Assembly (NCBI GenBank): GCA_043228905.1
Contig: JBHGNT010000010.1
Location: forward strand, 2,542,001-2,606,000
Source of the DNA: Azolla caroliniana
Lineage: Eukaryota > Plantae > Polypodiophyta
Reading direction: 5' to 3'
DNA length: 64,000 nucleotides
Positions within the stretch are counted from its first letter, which is position 1. Every line of letters starts with the position of its first letter. Both the position numbers and the translations under genes were made by a program. Under the pieces are notes generated by a model. That model was not told where the DNA came from. It made no database searches and saw nothing but the letters and a program-made list of their open reading frames with translations. Positions 39,863 to 50,976 of this stretch are shown in pieces.

Positions 39863-42630
39863 ATGGGACCAAGTATTGCTACCGCCACAAAGAAATCTTC
39901 ACTATTATTGGTTTGCCTACTGCTCTTAATCTCTCTCAGTGACCATTCGATCTGCTTTAGCTCACCGATTCTACGCTTCAATTCTGATGGGCGGTTCAAA
40001 ATCCTTCAGGTAATTGCTTTAAATCAAGTGCAAATTGAACCTTTATTATTAGAATCTATGCTACATTAACTGATTAGCACCAATCATTTTGGGTTTAACA
40101 TGCTAATTTTCTTAACCACAATTAAGGCGTGTCTTTGTGACACCCTTAATGATGATTAAGCTTGTGTGTCTTTGTCACACTGTCGAGGATGATTGAGGGG
40201 TGTGATTATATTCATCCTCACGTGTTAATCACCCTAAGGGACAATCTAATTAAGGTGTGTTAAATAACATCGCGTTTGTAACAATAGAGGGGTGTGTTAA
40301 TCACACTCAAGGCAACAATTGAGTTGTGTGTTAATCACATATTTTATGATGATTGATCCATGCATTAATCACACTTTTGACGAAAGTTGAGGTGAGCAAG
40401 AGTTGTCATTTCAAGATTCATTAGAATATGTTCAACCTAGATCCTGTGAGTATTCCATTAGGGGATTAAAAACAATCATTTTTTCAAATCATTAGAACCT
40501 ACTAAGGTTTGGTATTATTCGTGTTAGTTAAGGTGTGTTATATCTCAATATGGCTTGAATCACATGTTAGTTATGGTGTGCTATATCTCAATATGGCTTC
40601 AATCTTTGCACATCCTCAAAGATATTTTGTCAAAGACAAGTGTCTTGATCAATGTGACTATGTCATGTGAATGAAATTTTGTTCGATGTAAACAAGCTGG
40701 CTAGCTAAATTTTGATTGTTGACAAACTTAAGTACTCTCAAATTTTGAATTAGTTGAGTTCATAGTTATGTTTACAAGAGTAAAGAGTGATATTTATCAA
40801 TATATAAGTATGTACTATTGAAGCAAAAGATTTCAAGCTCAAATCTAAATTTGTCAATTGGTTGAAAGGGTTGTATTCTAACATTTGTTCAACTCACGCC
40901 ATTGAGGTTTGATGTGCAAATTCTCTTCGACATAGACAAGATAGAGTTGATTTATAAATTTTGTACAACTTAAAAGTCTAAATGAAGAATGTGCATCTTG
41001 ATCAATATGCTTTTGATTGGAATTGGGTGGTAGATTGCTGACATGCACTATGCAAATGGAGGAGGGACCAAATGCAAGGATGTGTTGCCAACTCAATTCA
41101 CAAGTTGTAGTGACCTCAATATGACAACATTCGTACGACACTTAATTACCATTGAAAAGCCCAATTTGATTGTTTTTTCAGGCATGTTTTTTCCGTCATT
41201 CGCACCTTTTTATCGTTCTAACATTAGATATCAATTTTTGTCGTATTATAAATTAGAATAGAGAACGTAATTCTCTTTGGAACATTGTAATATCACACAT
41301 TATAATGATGAGCTTCTACACTTATTTGATATTGATATAGGAGATAACATCTTTGGGAGGGACTCCAATGATCCTATATCTTCTATGAACATGGCATTTG
41401 CACCTGCGATAGATGCAAAGGTTCCATGGGTGGCAATCCTAGGCAACCATGACCAAGAATCAACATTGTCGAGACGTGAAGTCATGGAATACATTACAAA
41501 GTTGGATCACACACTCTCTCAGGTATATCCAAAAGTAAATGGTTCGATAATGAAGGATATTGATGGGTTTGGTAATTACCACTTGGAGGTGAAAGGTGTC
41601 TTAGGCTCACCTTTTGAAAACAAAAGTGTGTTGAACTTGTATATGCTTGATAGCGGGGACTACTCCAAGATAAGGAATATAAATGGCTACGGGTGGATAC
41701 AAGAAAGCCAAAAGAAGTGGTTTCTCGAGTTGACAAACCAATTAAAGGTAGGTTGTTGGAATGAGACATGTTTTTTAACTTAAGGTTAATCATGTACTAA
41801 ACTTCTCCTGATACATTGAACTTACTAGTGAAGGAACATAAGTGTGCCAAAAATTTCACTAGTAAAAATTTGAGTTACTATCTTGTGTTCTTAATTATAT
41901 TTAGCTTCACTTGTACCTTTTATTTCCCTTTGATCACAATTATCCTCCCAAATAATATTAAGAGTTGCATTGATGTGTTTTCTAGGTGGAAGTTGATGAA
42001 GATGCAAGTGGAAGAAACGTTGTTGTGCCATCATTAGTTTATTTTCATATTCCATTGATTGAAACTCGAATTGCTAGTAGATGCTCTATAAAAGGTGTTA
42101 AGCAAGAGAACATTGGATGTGCCCAAGTAAACTCGGGGTTTCTTTCTACTATGCTCCAATCACGCGGACCATTTGTTATTTTCAATGGCCACGATCATGT
42201 GAATGACTTTTGTGGTGATCTTCCCGGTAATATCAAAGTTTGTTATGGAGGAGGAGTTGGTTATCATGCTTATGGTAAAGCTGGTTGGGATAGGCGAGCT
42301 AGGGTTGTGGATTTGGCACTCAGGTCAAACCAATCTATAGTAGTCGGAAACCAATCAAGCGAGCTTTTCAAATCTCATAATCTATGGTTAGGGGTCGACA
42401 AAATCATTACATGGAAACGATTGGACTCTCTCTCTTTTCCGACAATTGACCATGAAGTTTTATGGTCTTCCGCATCCTCTTCAACAACATACATGGGGTG
42501 GAACATTAAGGTTCTCATGTCCATCTTCATTTACTTAATCTTTTGTCTCGTATTTTCATATTGGATGTCATGGTGGCCCTTTGGCAATTGTACATTGAGA
42601 CAAAGATACACACCTATGTCTACTTCATGA
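39863..42630 (+). CDS. Calcineurin-like metallophosphoesterase of the PAP14/PAP28/PAP29 (DCR2-like) purple acid phosphatase group, 4 exons, ~448 aa
   Basis: Exons 39863-40009, 41034-41181, 41341-41747 and 41986-42630. Signal peptide, LRF..GRFKILQIADMHY, CSDLN, GDNIFG, LGNHDQES, LDSGDYS, YFHIPL, GHDHVNDFC, GYHAYGKAGW, ITWKRLD. Confidence 0.92.
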
Positions 42631-43782
42631 AATGGTAAGACAAATATTTGGAAACCAAAAGAGATGTATGTAGACACAAGGTGCAATGTGAAATTGTTTT
42701 ATAGGATGACAATGTAAAGATTTTCAAATTACCTTTCTCACTTCATTGCTTATTTGGAGATGTAGAGGCTAGTTCAAACTCAAGAAATACGAAAACTTGA
42801 CTTTAAAGAGAAATCTACTTCAAATGTGGTTACTGGCTTAAGATATAAGATTATAAATATCTTTTGTACATTTGGAATGTCCAAACTCTAGCCATGGATT
42901 CTCATAAATTTTAAGATATTTCAAAGAATCTTAGGACTCTTTATAGAACAAAGGATTTTCACCTTAAATTCTAACATGCCATATTATTTTTTGTTTTTGT
43001 TTATGGTATTTTTATCAGTAACAGAGCATATTACCCTGTAGAAGGTGATCTATGGTCGATTTGGATCATCTACTTTGAAAAACAAGCCTGTAACATTGGG
43101 AAATATTTCTTCCTCTTCTATGGGAGGGAGGTTCCATTATCAGATTGACATCCACTTCCTTTTAGCAATCATCCACTTCACACAAGCATATCACTAAAAC
43201 CGATCGAATATACAAAGAATCGCATTATTACTTTTGAAAAGGTGTTTTTCCTTATGTCATTCCGAAACTTCTTTTCATAAATGTAACCTTACCTTTTGTC
43301 ACAGAAAAAGATAACAGACACAAAACACTGTGGGGCATCTGGTTTAAACAGGCCATTTCAATATGTTTTGGAAGTTTATTATTATGATATATCTTCCAGC
43401 AAAACATACATGCATAAACGCCAAGGATGCATTAAATCCTTCCAACAATTTCTCTCATTTCATAAAAGAAAATGAGAGATTCTTCAAACCTCGATCCGTT
43501 TTAAAAACTAACAGCTCTATAATATGATGACCAAGCAATCCAAAGAAACATCATTTATACACACGTCTATAGCACGGTGATGCTGTCACTTGACAAAGTT
43601 CGATAAAAAAAAAAATATCAATATAAAAATCCATACAAAACTCTCTATATGCTCAAAGAATAATAAATTTACGGCAACTCAATCAAATCAGCTGATGTTG
43701 TGAAAACAGAATTTAGACACACAAATGTCAATTGTTCTTTGTACATATATCCAAAAAGATACTTAAAACTAACCATGCAAAC

Positions 43783-45801
43783 TCACTTATCATCACAAAT
43801 GACCTTCTCCGGTTCCTTGGAAAGTTCTTCACCATCATATGAGCTTGGATCAATACCACACGCGTCGAGGATTGACTGAGCCGAGGGATGATCGGCAAAA
43901 TCTTTTTGCCTAAAATCCATAAGAGTTGTCCCTTGTCGGGAAATGACGAAAGTTGCTCCAAGTTGTCTGAATTACCATAACATTGTAACCCTTATTAATC
44001 AAACTGAAGTGCCTTCATTATGCCTTTCTAGATTAGTCGAGCTTTTTTTCACTAAAAAATAACCGGGACATTTTCTTTGCAATCCTTCTTCTTCTTCTTC
44101 TGACCCTCATGTTATACACTTTAATTTACATATAATGTATGTGTTATGATATTATAAGAAGTACTTACCTTCCATCTCCCTTCAAATTTCCAGCATGCTT
44201 ATTCGCTTGCTTGAGGGAATCCCTGATATCGTAAAGCATCTTTAGGGCATTAAGGATCCCAACCGACTTAATGTCCAATGCTTTAAGTATTTTCTTCCCA
44301 TTATCAATGTAGAGCTCTCTGTCCCAAAAGCCTCCTTTCTGAAAGTCTTCAAGCCCTAGCTTTTCAATCCCTGCAACAAAAAAAACAAGGTTATTTACAT
44401 AAGCATATTTCCCTTTGGCTAAGAGGATAATTCTGATGCATACATACCGATAGCCACAATTCGAATATTGTTTGCTTCTAAAATAGGTGCTATCTTCTGC
44501 AGCTCCACAGCATTGTGTCTGCACAGTCTGCAGCCAAATCTCCGGAGAATATGAACAACTGCCGTCTGAAATGATGCATACGACATGATATTTTTTTAGA
44601 ACTCTTCTCTGTACATTTCTGTAGAATTTCTCGGGTTTTAGAACTTCTTGGGTTTATTAAAGCTTCTCGCGTTTTGGAACTTCTCAGATAATCCAGCAAT
44701 TCTGAGACAAGCTTCAATAAGGCAAAAACCGCTTTCACTTAAAGCTTACATTGATTATCTAGATCGATATATTTATACGACAAAAGAGTCTCCTAATTTC
44801 AATGTTTATTTATATAAGGGAAAGTACTGCCTCTTAACAATGAAAGAAATACATGATATAAAACATACTTGTACATTCTACTCTAGAGTTATATGTATAG
44901 AACGTTACAAAATAAATAGATTCTTATAAGCTATCTGAAGATTAAAAGATATCCATCCCATTGGTCCAACAGATAAATTTATAAAATGCATTTGCAGACA
45001 ATTACCAAACAGATTGTACAGCATTGTATGAAATGTAGAAAATTGTTTGGAGAGATTAAGCATAGAATCATGTGAAATTTAAAACATTACCCAGACTGAT
45101 TTTCAAGAGTACATGAATGAATACATTCAAGCAGTTTATGATGTTTTGACCTGGTTTTCCCAGAAGGCTCCCACTTTCACAAATTTGGCATCAGAAGGTC
45201 CCTGCACCTTCTCTATCTCGATGTCTTTAATAACATTTGCGATCGTCGAGCTTTCCTTATCTGTGGCCATAGCTAAAAGAGCATACAAGAAGGTTTAGAA
45301 AACAAAGAACCCAAACAAAAGAATGCACAAAATTGATACCCTGAGAGAAACAAACAAATCGAAACACTAAAACAGAAACAAAAAATCAGAGAAGGTAGGA
45401 GGCTTATAAGCAGAAGCACAGAAGACCCCACAAGGCAATGAAACAGCAGAAAATACACTAGAAAATCAACAGCACCCAAAAAACAAAAAAAAATTAGGAA
45501 AAAGGAAGAAAGAAGCTCATAGTCAAGCAAAGCAATGGAGCCGGGATATTAAGAACCCACATGACAAAGCAAGCAGTTGAACAGGAAAGGACATTTCGAT
45601 TTTACTGGATTTATGCTGTATATGCCCCATTGAACAGGAATGAGGAGAGTAGTTTCTCACAAAGAAAAAAAGAAAAAGAAAACAAGAAGGCAAAGCCAAG
45701 GAAAAGAGGACTAGAAGAGAAAGAACCCTCAAGGAAAGAACTAAAACACAGACCAGAAGATAAAAAGGGGAAAGAAAAATCTCAAGGCCCAAACAAAAAA
45801 C

Positions 45802-45850
<49 letters not shown>

Positions 45851-45986
45851 GGGGGGGGTTAAGTAAAATAGGAGAGAAAGAACAGAGAAATGCATTACCT
45901 GTGGTGAAGAAGAAGAAGAAAGATGAAGGAGAAGGAGAAGGAGATGAAGAAGAAGAGCGAAGGAAGGCACCTGCAACAGATCGCAT
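43783..45986 (-). CDS. Peroxiredoxin-like 2 (FAM213 / prostamide-prostaglandin F synthase-like, AhpC-TSA_2) protein, 5 exons
   Basis: Exons 45986-45899, 45272-45151, 44565-44448, 44370-44169 and 43966-43783 give FWENQTAVVHILRRFGCRLCR...IVAIGIEKLGLEDFQKGGFWDRELYID...GNLKGDGRQLGATFV...FADHPS. An alternative start MATDK lies in exon 2. Confidence 0.88.
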
Positions 45987-46085
45987 AGAGAATGAAAGAA
46001 GGCAAACAAGAGCACATAATTGGAATATATATATAATTGTATGTATAATGTACATAACAAATGGTCTTTCAGTGGTAGGCAATGA

Positions 46086-46224
46086 ACCCATCCATCCATG
46101 ATCCATCCATGCAAATCTCTGTGTGGACCCATCCATCCATCCATACAAATCTCTGTGTGGACCCATCCATCCATCCATCCATGCAAATCTCTGTGTGGAC
46201 CCATCCATCCATCCATCCATCCAT
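46086..46224. repeat. Compound minisatellite (CCAT)n-GCAAATCTCTGTGTGGAC, 3-4 units
   Basis: Visible tandem array about 100 bp upstream of the PRXL2-like ATG. Confidence 0.9.
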
Positions 46225-48099
46225 TAATTACTACTACTCCAGAGAGTAGATGTGCTCTGTTCATGGCCCTCTCTCTCTCTCTAACTAATTCATTCAATTT
46301 TACTTCTTCATTGCCATCACCATTTCCTTTTTCTGTGTGTGTGTGTGTGTGTTGTGCAGCAAAATTGCCTTCCATATCCATTTAATTAACTAATTCCATA
46401 TTTGCTGCAGAATGCCTGCTGGGGTCTTCCTTTACCTATCTAATAATATCTATATGTATGTATCTACCTTCCACCAAATACATTACATTACATATGCAAC
46501 AAAATACCCCACACCATCACTCACCATGATGGCATTGATTGAAATTCATGTCTCTCTTTGCCTTTGCCTTTGCCTGTCACTAGGTGTGGGCCCATCGTGT
46601 GTGGACACCCACACTTGGGAGTGCTCATTTTGCTTCTGTCGTGGCGTAATCAGGGTCACATAATAATATACGTATACATACATACATACATACATACATA
46701 CATACATACATACATGCTCGTATCTATCTCCCACCAAACCATAAAGAGGACTTCATGGTGAGGGAATCGCGATCACGGATGGTCCAGCAGGACGCTTCGC
46801 TTATTAGGGCGCATATGATTTGCACCGTCCGATCTTTATCCAAATAAATGCTCTGTCACCAGGCACCCTGCTCTGATCGCCTTTGTCACTACTTTGAGTC
46901 ACTCCCCCTACTCTGTGACTGTCTCAGGGCAGGCGCCCGACCAACTTAGAGGCAGACACCTAACTCAAATCAGGCACCCCTCTCACTCAGGGCCGACACC
47001 CTACTCAAATTCAAATTCAAATTCAGACATAAAAAACTTCATAAAAATCCAAGTGTAAAAAAAAATGAAATCTGAATTGTAGGAGTATGGGAATAGACTA
47101 TATAGCATATTTGTGTAGATTTAGTTGTATTGATTCCATTCAAATGAAACAAAGTGTACAATGATGCAACAAGTAGTTGCAAACAATGTCTGTGTCTTTC
47201 CAATGAGGTACAATGCCTCTTCATGTGTCTCTTTAGATGAGACACCATATTTATTATTGTTTATTTGATTTATTATCTTATTATTTTCTATTCCAACATG
47301 GATCCATACATAAGCAGTGATCATGGCTCATGTACGGAGGATGGCAAAATGTAGCCACAATTTTTGCAGCAATTAACATTTGAGTCCCTTGAAGTCAAGG
47401 TCAAGCCATCACAATACAAACATCAAACCTTCTCTGTCTCACATATTGGCAATCGTTGTCATGAAAAATCCGTTACTACGTGCAGATCATGAGGCGGAAC
47501 CGTCGGGGTTCTGGACCAGAAGGATTCGAAGTTTGCACTAGCTTTACTGAGAAAGTATTTAGGATAGATTGAAAGAGAGAGAGAGATTGAGATAAGATAG
47601 AATGCTTGACTTTAGATTGAGAGAGATTGAAATGGAGAGAGAGATTAAGATTGAACCCTTGACTTTAGATTTGAGGAACAAGATTCGGTTCGACAAGACA
47701 CATCGACTGCGTCCCAAGAAGATCGAAGAAGGAGATTGGGTATTGGTCTACGACAACAGCCTTGACAATCAACACATGACAACAAGAAAGTTTACAAGAA
47801 GATGGTTTGGACCATATGTGGTGACGAGTGCCAATGACAATGCCACATACCACCTTGTGGAGGTAGACGGATCAAGGTTGGCCATATCCATTGCGGAAAA
47901 AAGAGTAAAGATTTTCAAGAAAAGACAAGACGAGGATCCTGACCTCGATCATCACGACGATGAAGATAGTAGGACTGAACCAACAGACTTGAGTTATGTG
48001 AATGAGGACATGGAGGAATCTAATTGATCACCGTAGCTAAAATCTCCCACTCTCTCTTCTTGGCACGTACCGGAGGACGTGTGGTTTGGTGGGGGTAGA

Positions 48100-49194
48100 T
48101 GTTATGAAGATTTTCGGCAATGGTGTGAAAATTGCGAGGAACATACAAAATTGAGTGTGGTTCTTCACACACGATATGAAACAATAATAGTAAAGATACT
48201 ATTTTAGATTAGTTTTAATATCTTGGTACGAAAAGATGGATGTCTTCAAGAGCTTCCGAATGTACTTTACTACATTTGAAACAGACAACTAAATGTCAAG
48301 TTATGTGAATGTGAAGTTTGAGAAGAAGAAGAGAAAAACAAAACTATGAGAAATCCCACATAGATAGGACAAATCAGGATCCCACAGTATATAACCAGAG
48401 CTAGAACTTATTACTTTCTGTCTATGTGTGGAGCATAGAACGTTCTTGGGCTAAATTGTGGCTTAATTGCTCATAATGGTTCTGGAGGACCAAGACCGGA
48501 TTGACGGATAGCACCGGATCACTGGGTCGGATGTGGACTGGATGGATGGATTGATTGGATAAGTTGATCGCGATGATTTCGGTGTGAAAAGAACAAAATC
48601 ATCTAGACTAAAAAACCTAATAAAATTTGTATACAAACGGATGCAAGCAATGCTTGAACCTTGCACCTCCAAGTTAAGAGGTAGTAAACTTACCACTAAG
48701 CCAAGTCATTTCTTTAAAAAAGAAAATTCTATCATTTTTTTTCACATGTAAATTCTCATATTAGAGCTTGAATGAGTGACATGGTTATCATGCATCACAT
48801 GTAATGCATGAGCGCCAAATGGCAAACATGCATTCCATGCATTGTATGCATGTCTTGTACCCTCACATGCATCATATGCATGGGGGCATCTATAAAAGAG
48901 GGGAGGAGGAAGAAAAACGGAGCTATGTATTAATCAAGAATTTAATAAGAAGAAAATTTGTTATCCAATTGATGATATATCTTGTTCCTTAAATCTAAAG
49001 TCAAGGGTTCAATCTTAATCTTTCTCTCTCTCTCCATTTCAATCTCTCTTAATCTAAAGTCAAGCGTTCTATCTTATCTCAATCTCTCTTAAATACTTTC
49101 TCGGTAAAGCTAGTGCAAACTTCGAATCCTTCTGGTCCAGAACCCCAACGGTTCCGCCTCACGATCTGCAAGTAGTGACGGATTTTTCAAGACA
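48100..49194 (+). repeat. Full-length LTR (~1.1 kb)
   Basis: TGTTATGAAG...TTCAAGACA, preceded by PPT-like GGTGGGGGTAGA and followed by the PBS. Confidence 0.85.
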
Positions 49195-49202
49195 TAATTA
49201 AG

Positions 49203-49220
49203 TGGTGAACCCGACGTGAA
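49203..49220 (+). promoter_or_regulatory. Primer-binding site, tRNA-Trp
   Basis: TGGTGAACCCGACGTGAA, identical to 2536-2553. Confidence 0.85.
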
Positions 49221-49266
49221 AGAGGCAGTAGGAAGGATCAAGTCGAGGATCGACTGATACTTGGAG

Positions 49267-50976
49267 ATGGCATCCTCAAGCAATCAAGCAGGAGAGTTTG
49301 AAAGGATGATGCTAATCGTCGAACAAATGATGAGATCTCGGGACAACGATGCGAACGTGAAGAAGGCTGTTGATCGTGTCGTGAAGCTCGAGGGTCAATT
49401 TGATGGAAGGAACATTACGAAGTTCCTTGATGCATACAGAAGGGAGGTGAATCAGAGGGACGTGTTTGAAGTGCGTCAAATTACAAGTTTCAAGAGAGTG
49501 GTCGCCAACAACATCCAAAGACGCGTAATCGAGCTTCAAGAAAGGAAGACAACGTGGTTAGAGTTTGAACGAGCAATATTAGCGGAGTTTGCGATGGAAG
49601 ATTTGTCGAGGATGACTCGACATGTCTTGGTGAAGTGGATAGAAAAGAAAAATAAGAAGATGAGTGCCTCGAGGGTATACGATGAGTTCGACCATATGTT
49701 TAGTCGTCTCCTCGCCACAGACCAAGTGCTGGTTGAGGAGGACAAGACTTTGTACTTCTTGAAAGTTGCGGATATGAAGGATAGACAAGAATTGGGGACT
49801 CTCCTCGAAGATGATACCCAAGTGAACGGGCTTGTGGCAGATTGGGTTATGGTGAAGCGAGAGTGCAACAAGATCGATAGGCGTCGTCAATGGCTTGATG
49901 ATATTGACTTGGCAAGGACAAGAGTAGAAAAAACAAGACCACTTAAAGAAGTTGAGTTGCCTAAACAAAGCAACCTACATGAAAAGAAGATTGATGATGA
50001 CTCGAGGACAGAGAAGGCCACTTCAAGGGAGGATGAATGTTTCGGAACACGCATCGTGTTGGAAACATTGGATGATGAAGGAGCAAGCCTAATCGAAGCT
50101 TGTGTCAATGGAGATAAAGAGTGCGAGGCTAGCGTAATTGAGGATCTGGCCGCTAAAGACGACATCAAGGAGGTGACTATGAATAAGACAACAAGCGTCG
50201 ACAACGACCATGGCCAGATTTTCTCCGCACTTGTTCCAAAGACTTGGGCAGTTGCGTCCAAGAACCAACGTGAGACCCAAGAGACAGAAGGTGTCGGCGA
50301 GGAGCCGAAGGTCCAAACAAATACATGTGATGAAGAGAGAAGCATAATCGAAGCTTGCTCGATCAAGAGGGTCAATGGGTACAAGGCCCATGAGATTGAA
50401 GAGATAGCCACGAAAAATGACATCGAGTCAGAGGTGGCTATGGAAGAATTAATGGCAGATGGCCGCATCGAGGATTCCTTCACACGAGTTCTGGAGACTT
50501 GGGCAGTTGCAGAGAGCCAACGTGAGACTCAAGAGATGGAAGGTGGTAGTAAGGGAAAGGACCAAGATGGTGTGCACAACATCGAGGCGAAGATAGATAT
50601 GGACGAGTCAATGATGAATGGTGGAAGTGGCAAGACTTTCCCCACACTGGTTCCAGAGACTTGGGCAGTTGCGTCTGAGAACCAACAGAAGACCCAAGAG
50701 ATAGAAGGTGGCAACAAGGGGGAGTTCAAATCTGATGTGAAAGATGACATCAAGACAAAGGTGTCGAAGGCAATTGACCAAAGACAAACGGATTCCTTCG
50801 CACATATTCTAGAGACTTGGGCAGTTGTGGTTCAAAGCCAACGTGAGACCCAAGAGATAGAAGATGGTGGCGGGGAAGCGAAGGTCCAAGTTGCTGCAAA
50901 TAACGATGTTGGGGAGTGGCCGACAAATACATATGAATCTCTCCACACTCGTTCTGGAGACTTGGGCATTAACTAA
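49267..50976 (+). CDS. Gag with an acidic C-terminal repeat extension (~570 aa, open frame)
   Basis: The N-terminal ~210 aa are homologous to the Gag at 2569-3267; these are followed by 4-6 copies of F..LV/LETWAVA..QRETQE.EGG. Confidence 0.75.
   Translation: MASSSNQAGEFERMMLIVEQMMRSRDNDANVKKAVDRVVKLEGQFDGRNITKFLDAYRREVNQRDVFEVRQITSFKRVVANNIQRRVIELQERKTTWLEFERAILAEFAMEDLSRMTRHVLVKWIEKKNKKMSASRVYDEFDHMFSRLLATDQVLVEEDKTLYFLKVADMKDRQELGTLLEDDTQVNGLVADWVMVKRECNKIDRRRQWLDDIDLARTRVEKTRPLKEVELPKQSNLHEKKIDDDSRTEKATSREDECFGTRIVLETLDDEGASLIEACVNGDKECEASVIEDLAAKDDIKEVTMNKTTSVDNDHGQIFSALVPKTWAVASKNQRETQETEGVGEEPKVQTNTCDEERSIIEACSIKRVNGYKAHEIEEIATKNDIESEVAMEELMADGRIEDSFTRVLETWAVAESQRETQEMEGGSKGKDQDGVHNIEAKIDMDESMMNGGSGKTFPTLVPETWAVASENQQKTQEIEGGNKGEFKSDVKDDIKTKVSKAIDQRQTDSFAHILETWAVVVQSQRETQEIEDGGGEAKVQVAANNDVGEWPTNTYESLHTRSGDLGIN

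Noticed and set aside
44500-44540. Selenoprotein (SelU-like UxxC) in the PRXL2 gene
   Set aside because: Both cysteines are encoded by TGC; there is no in-frame TGA.
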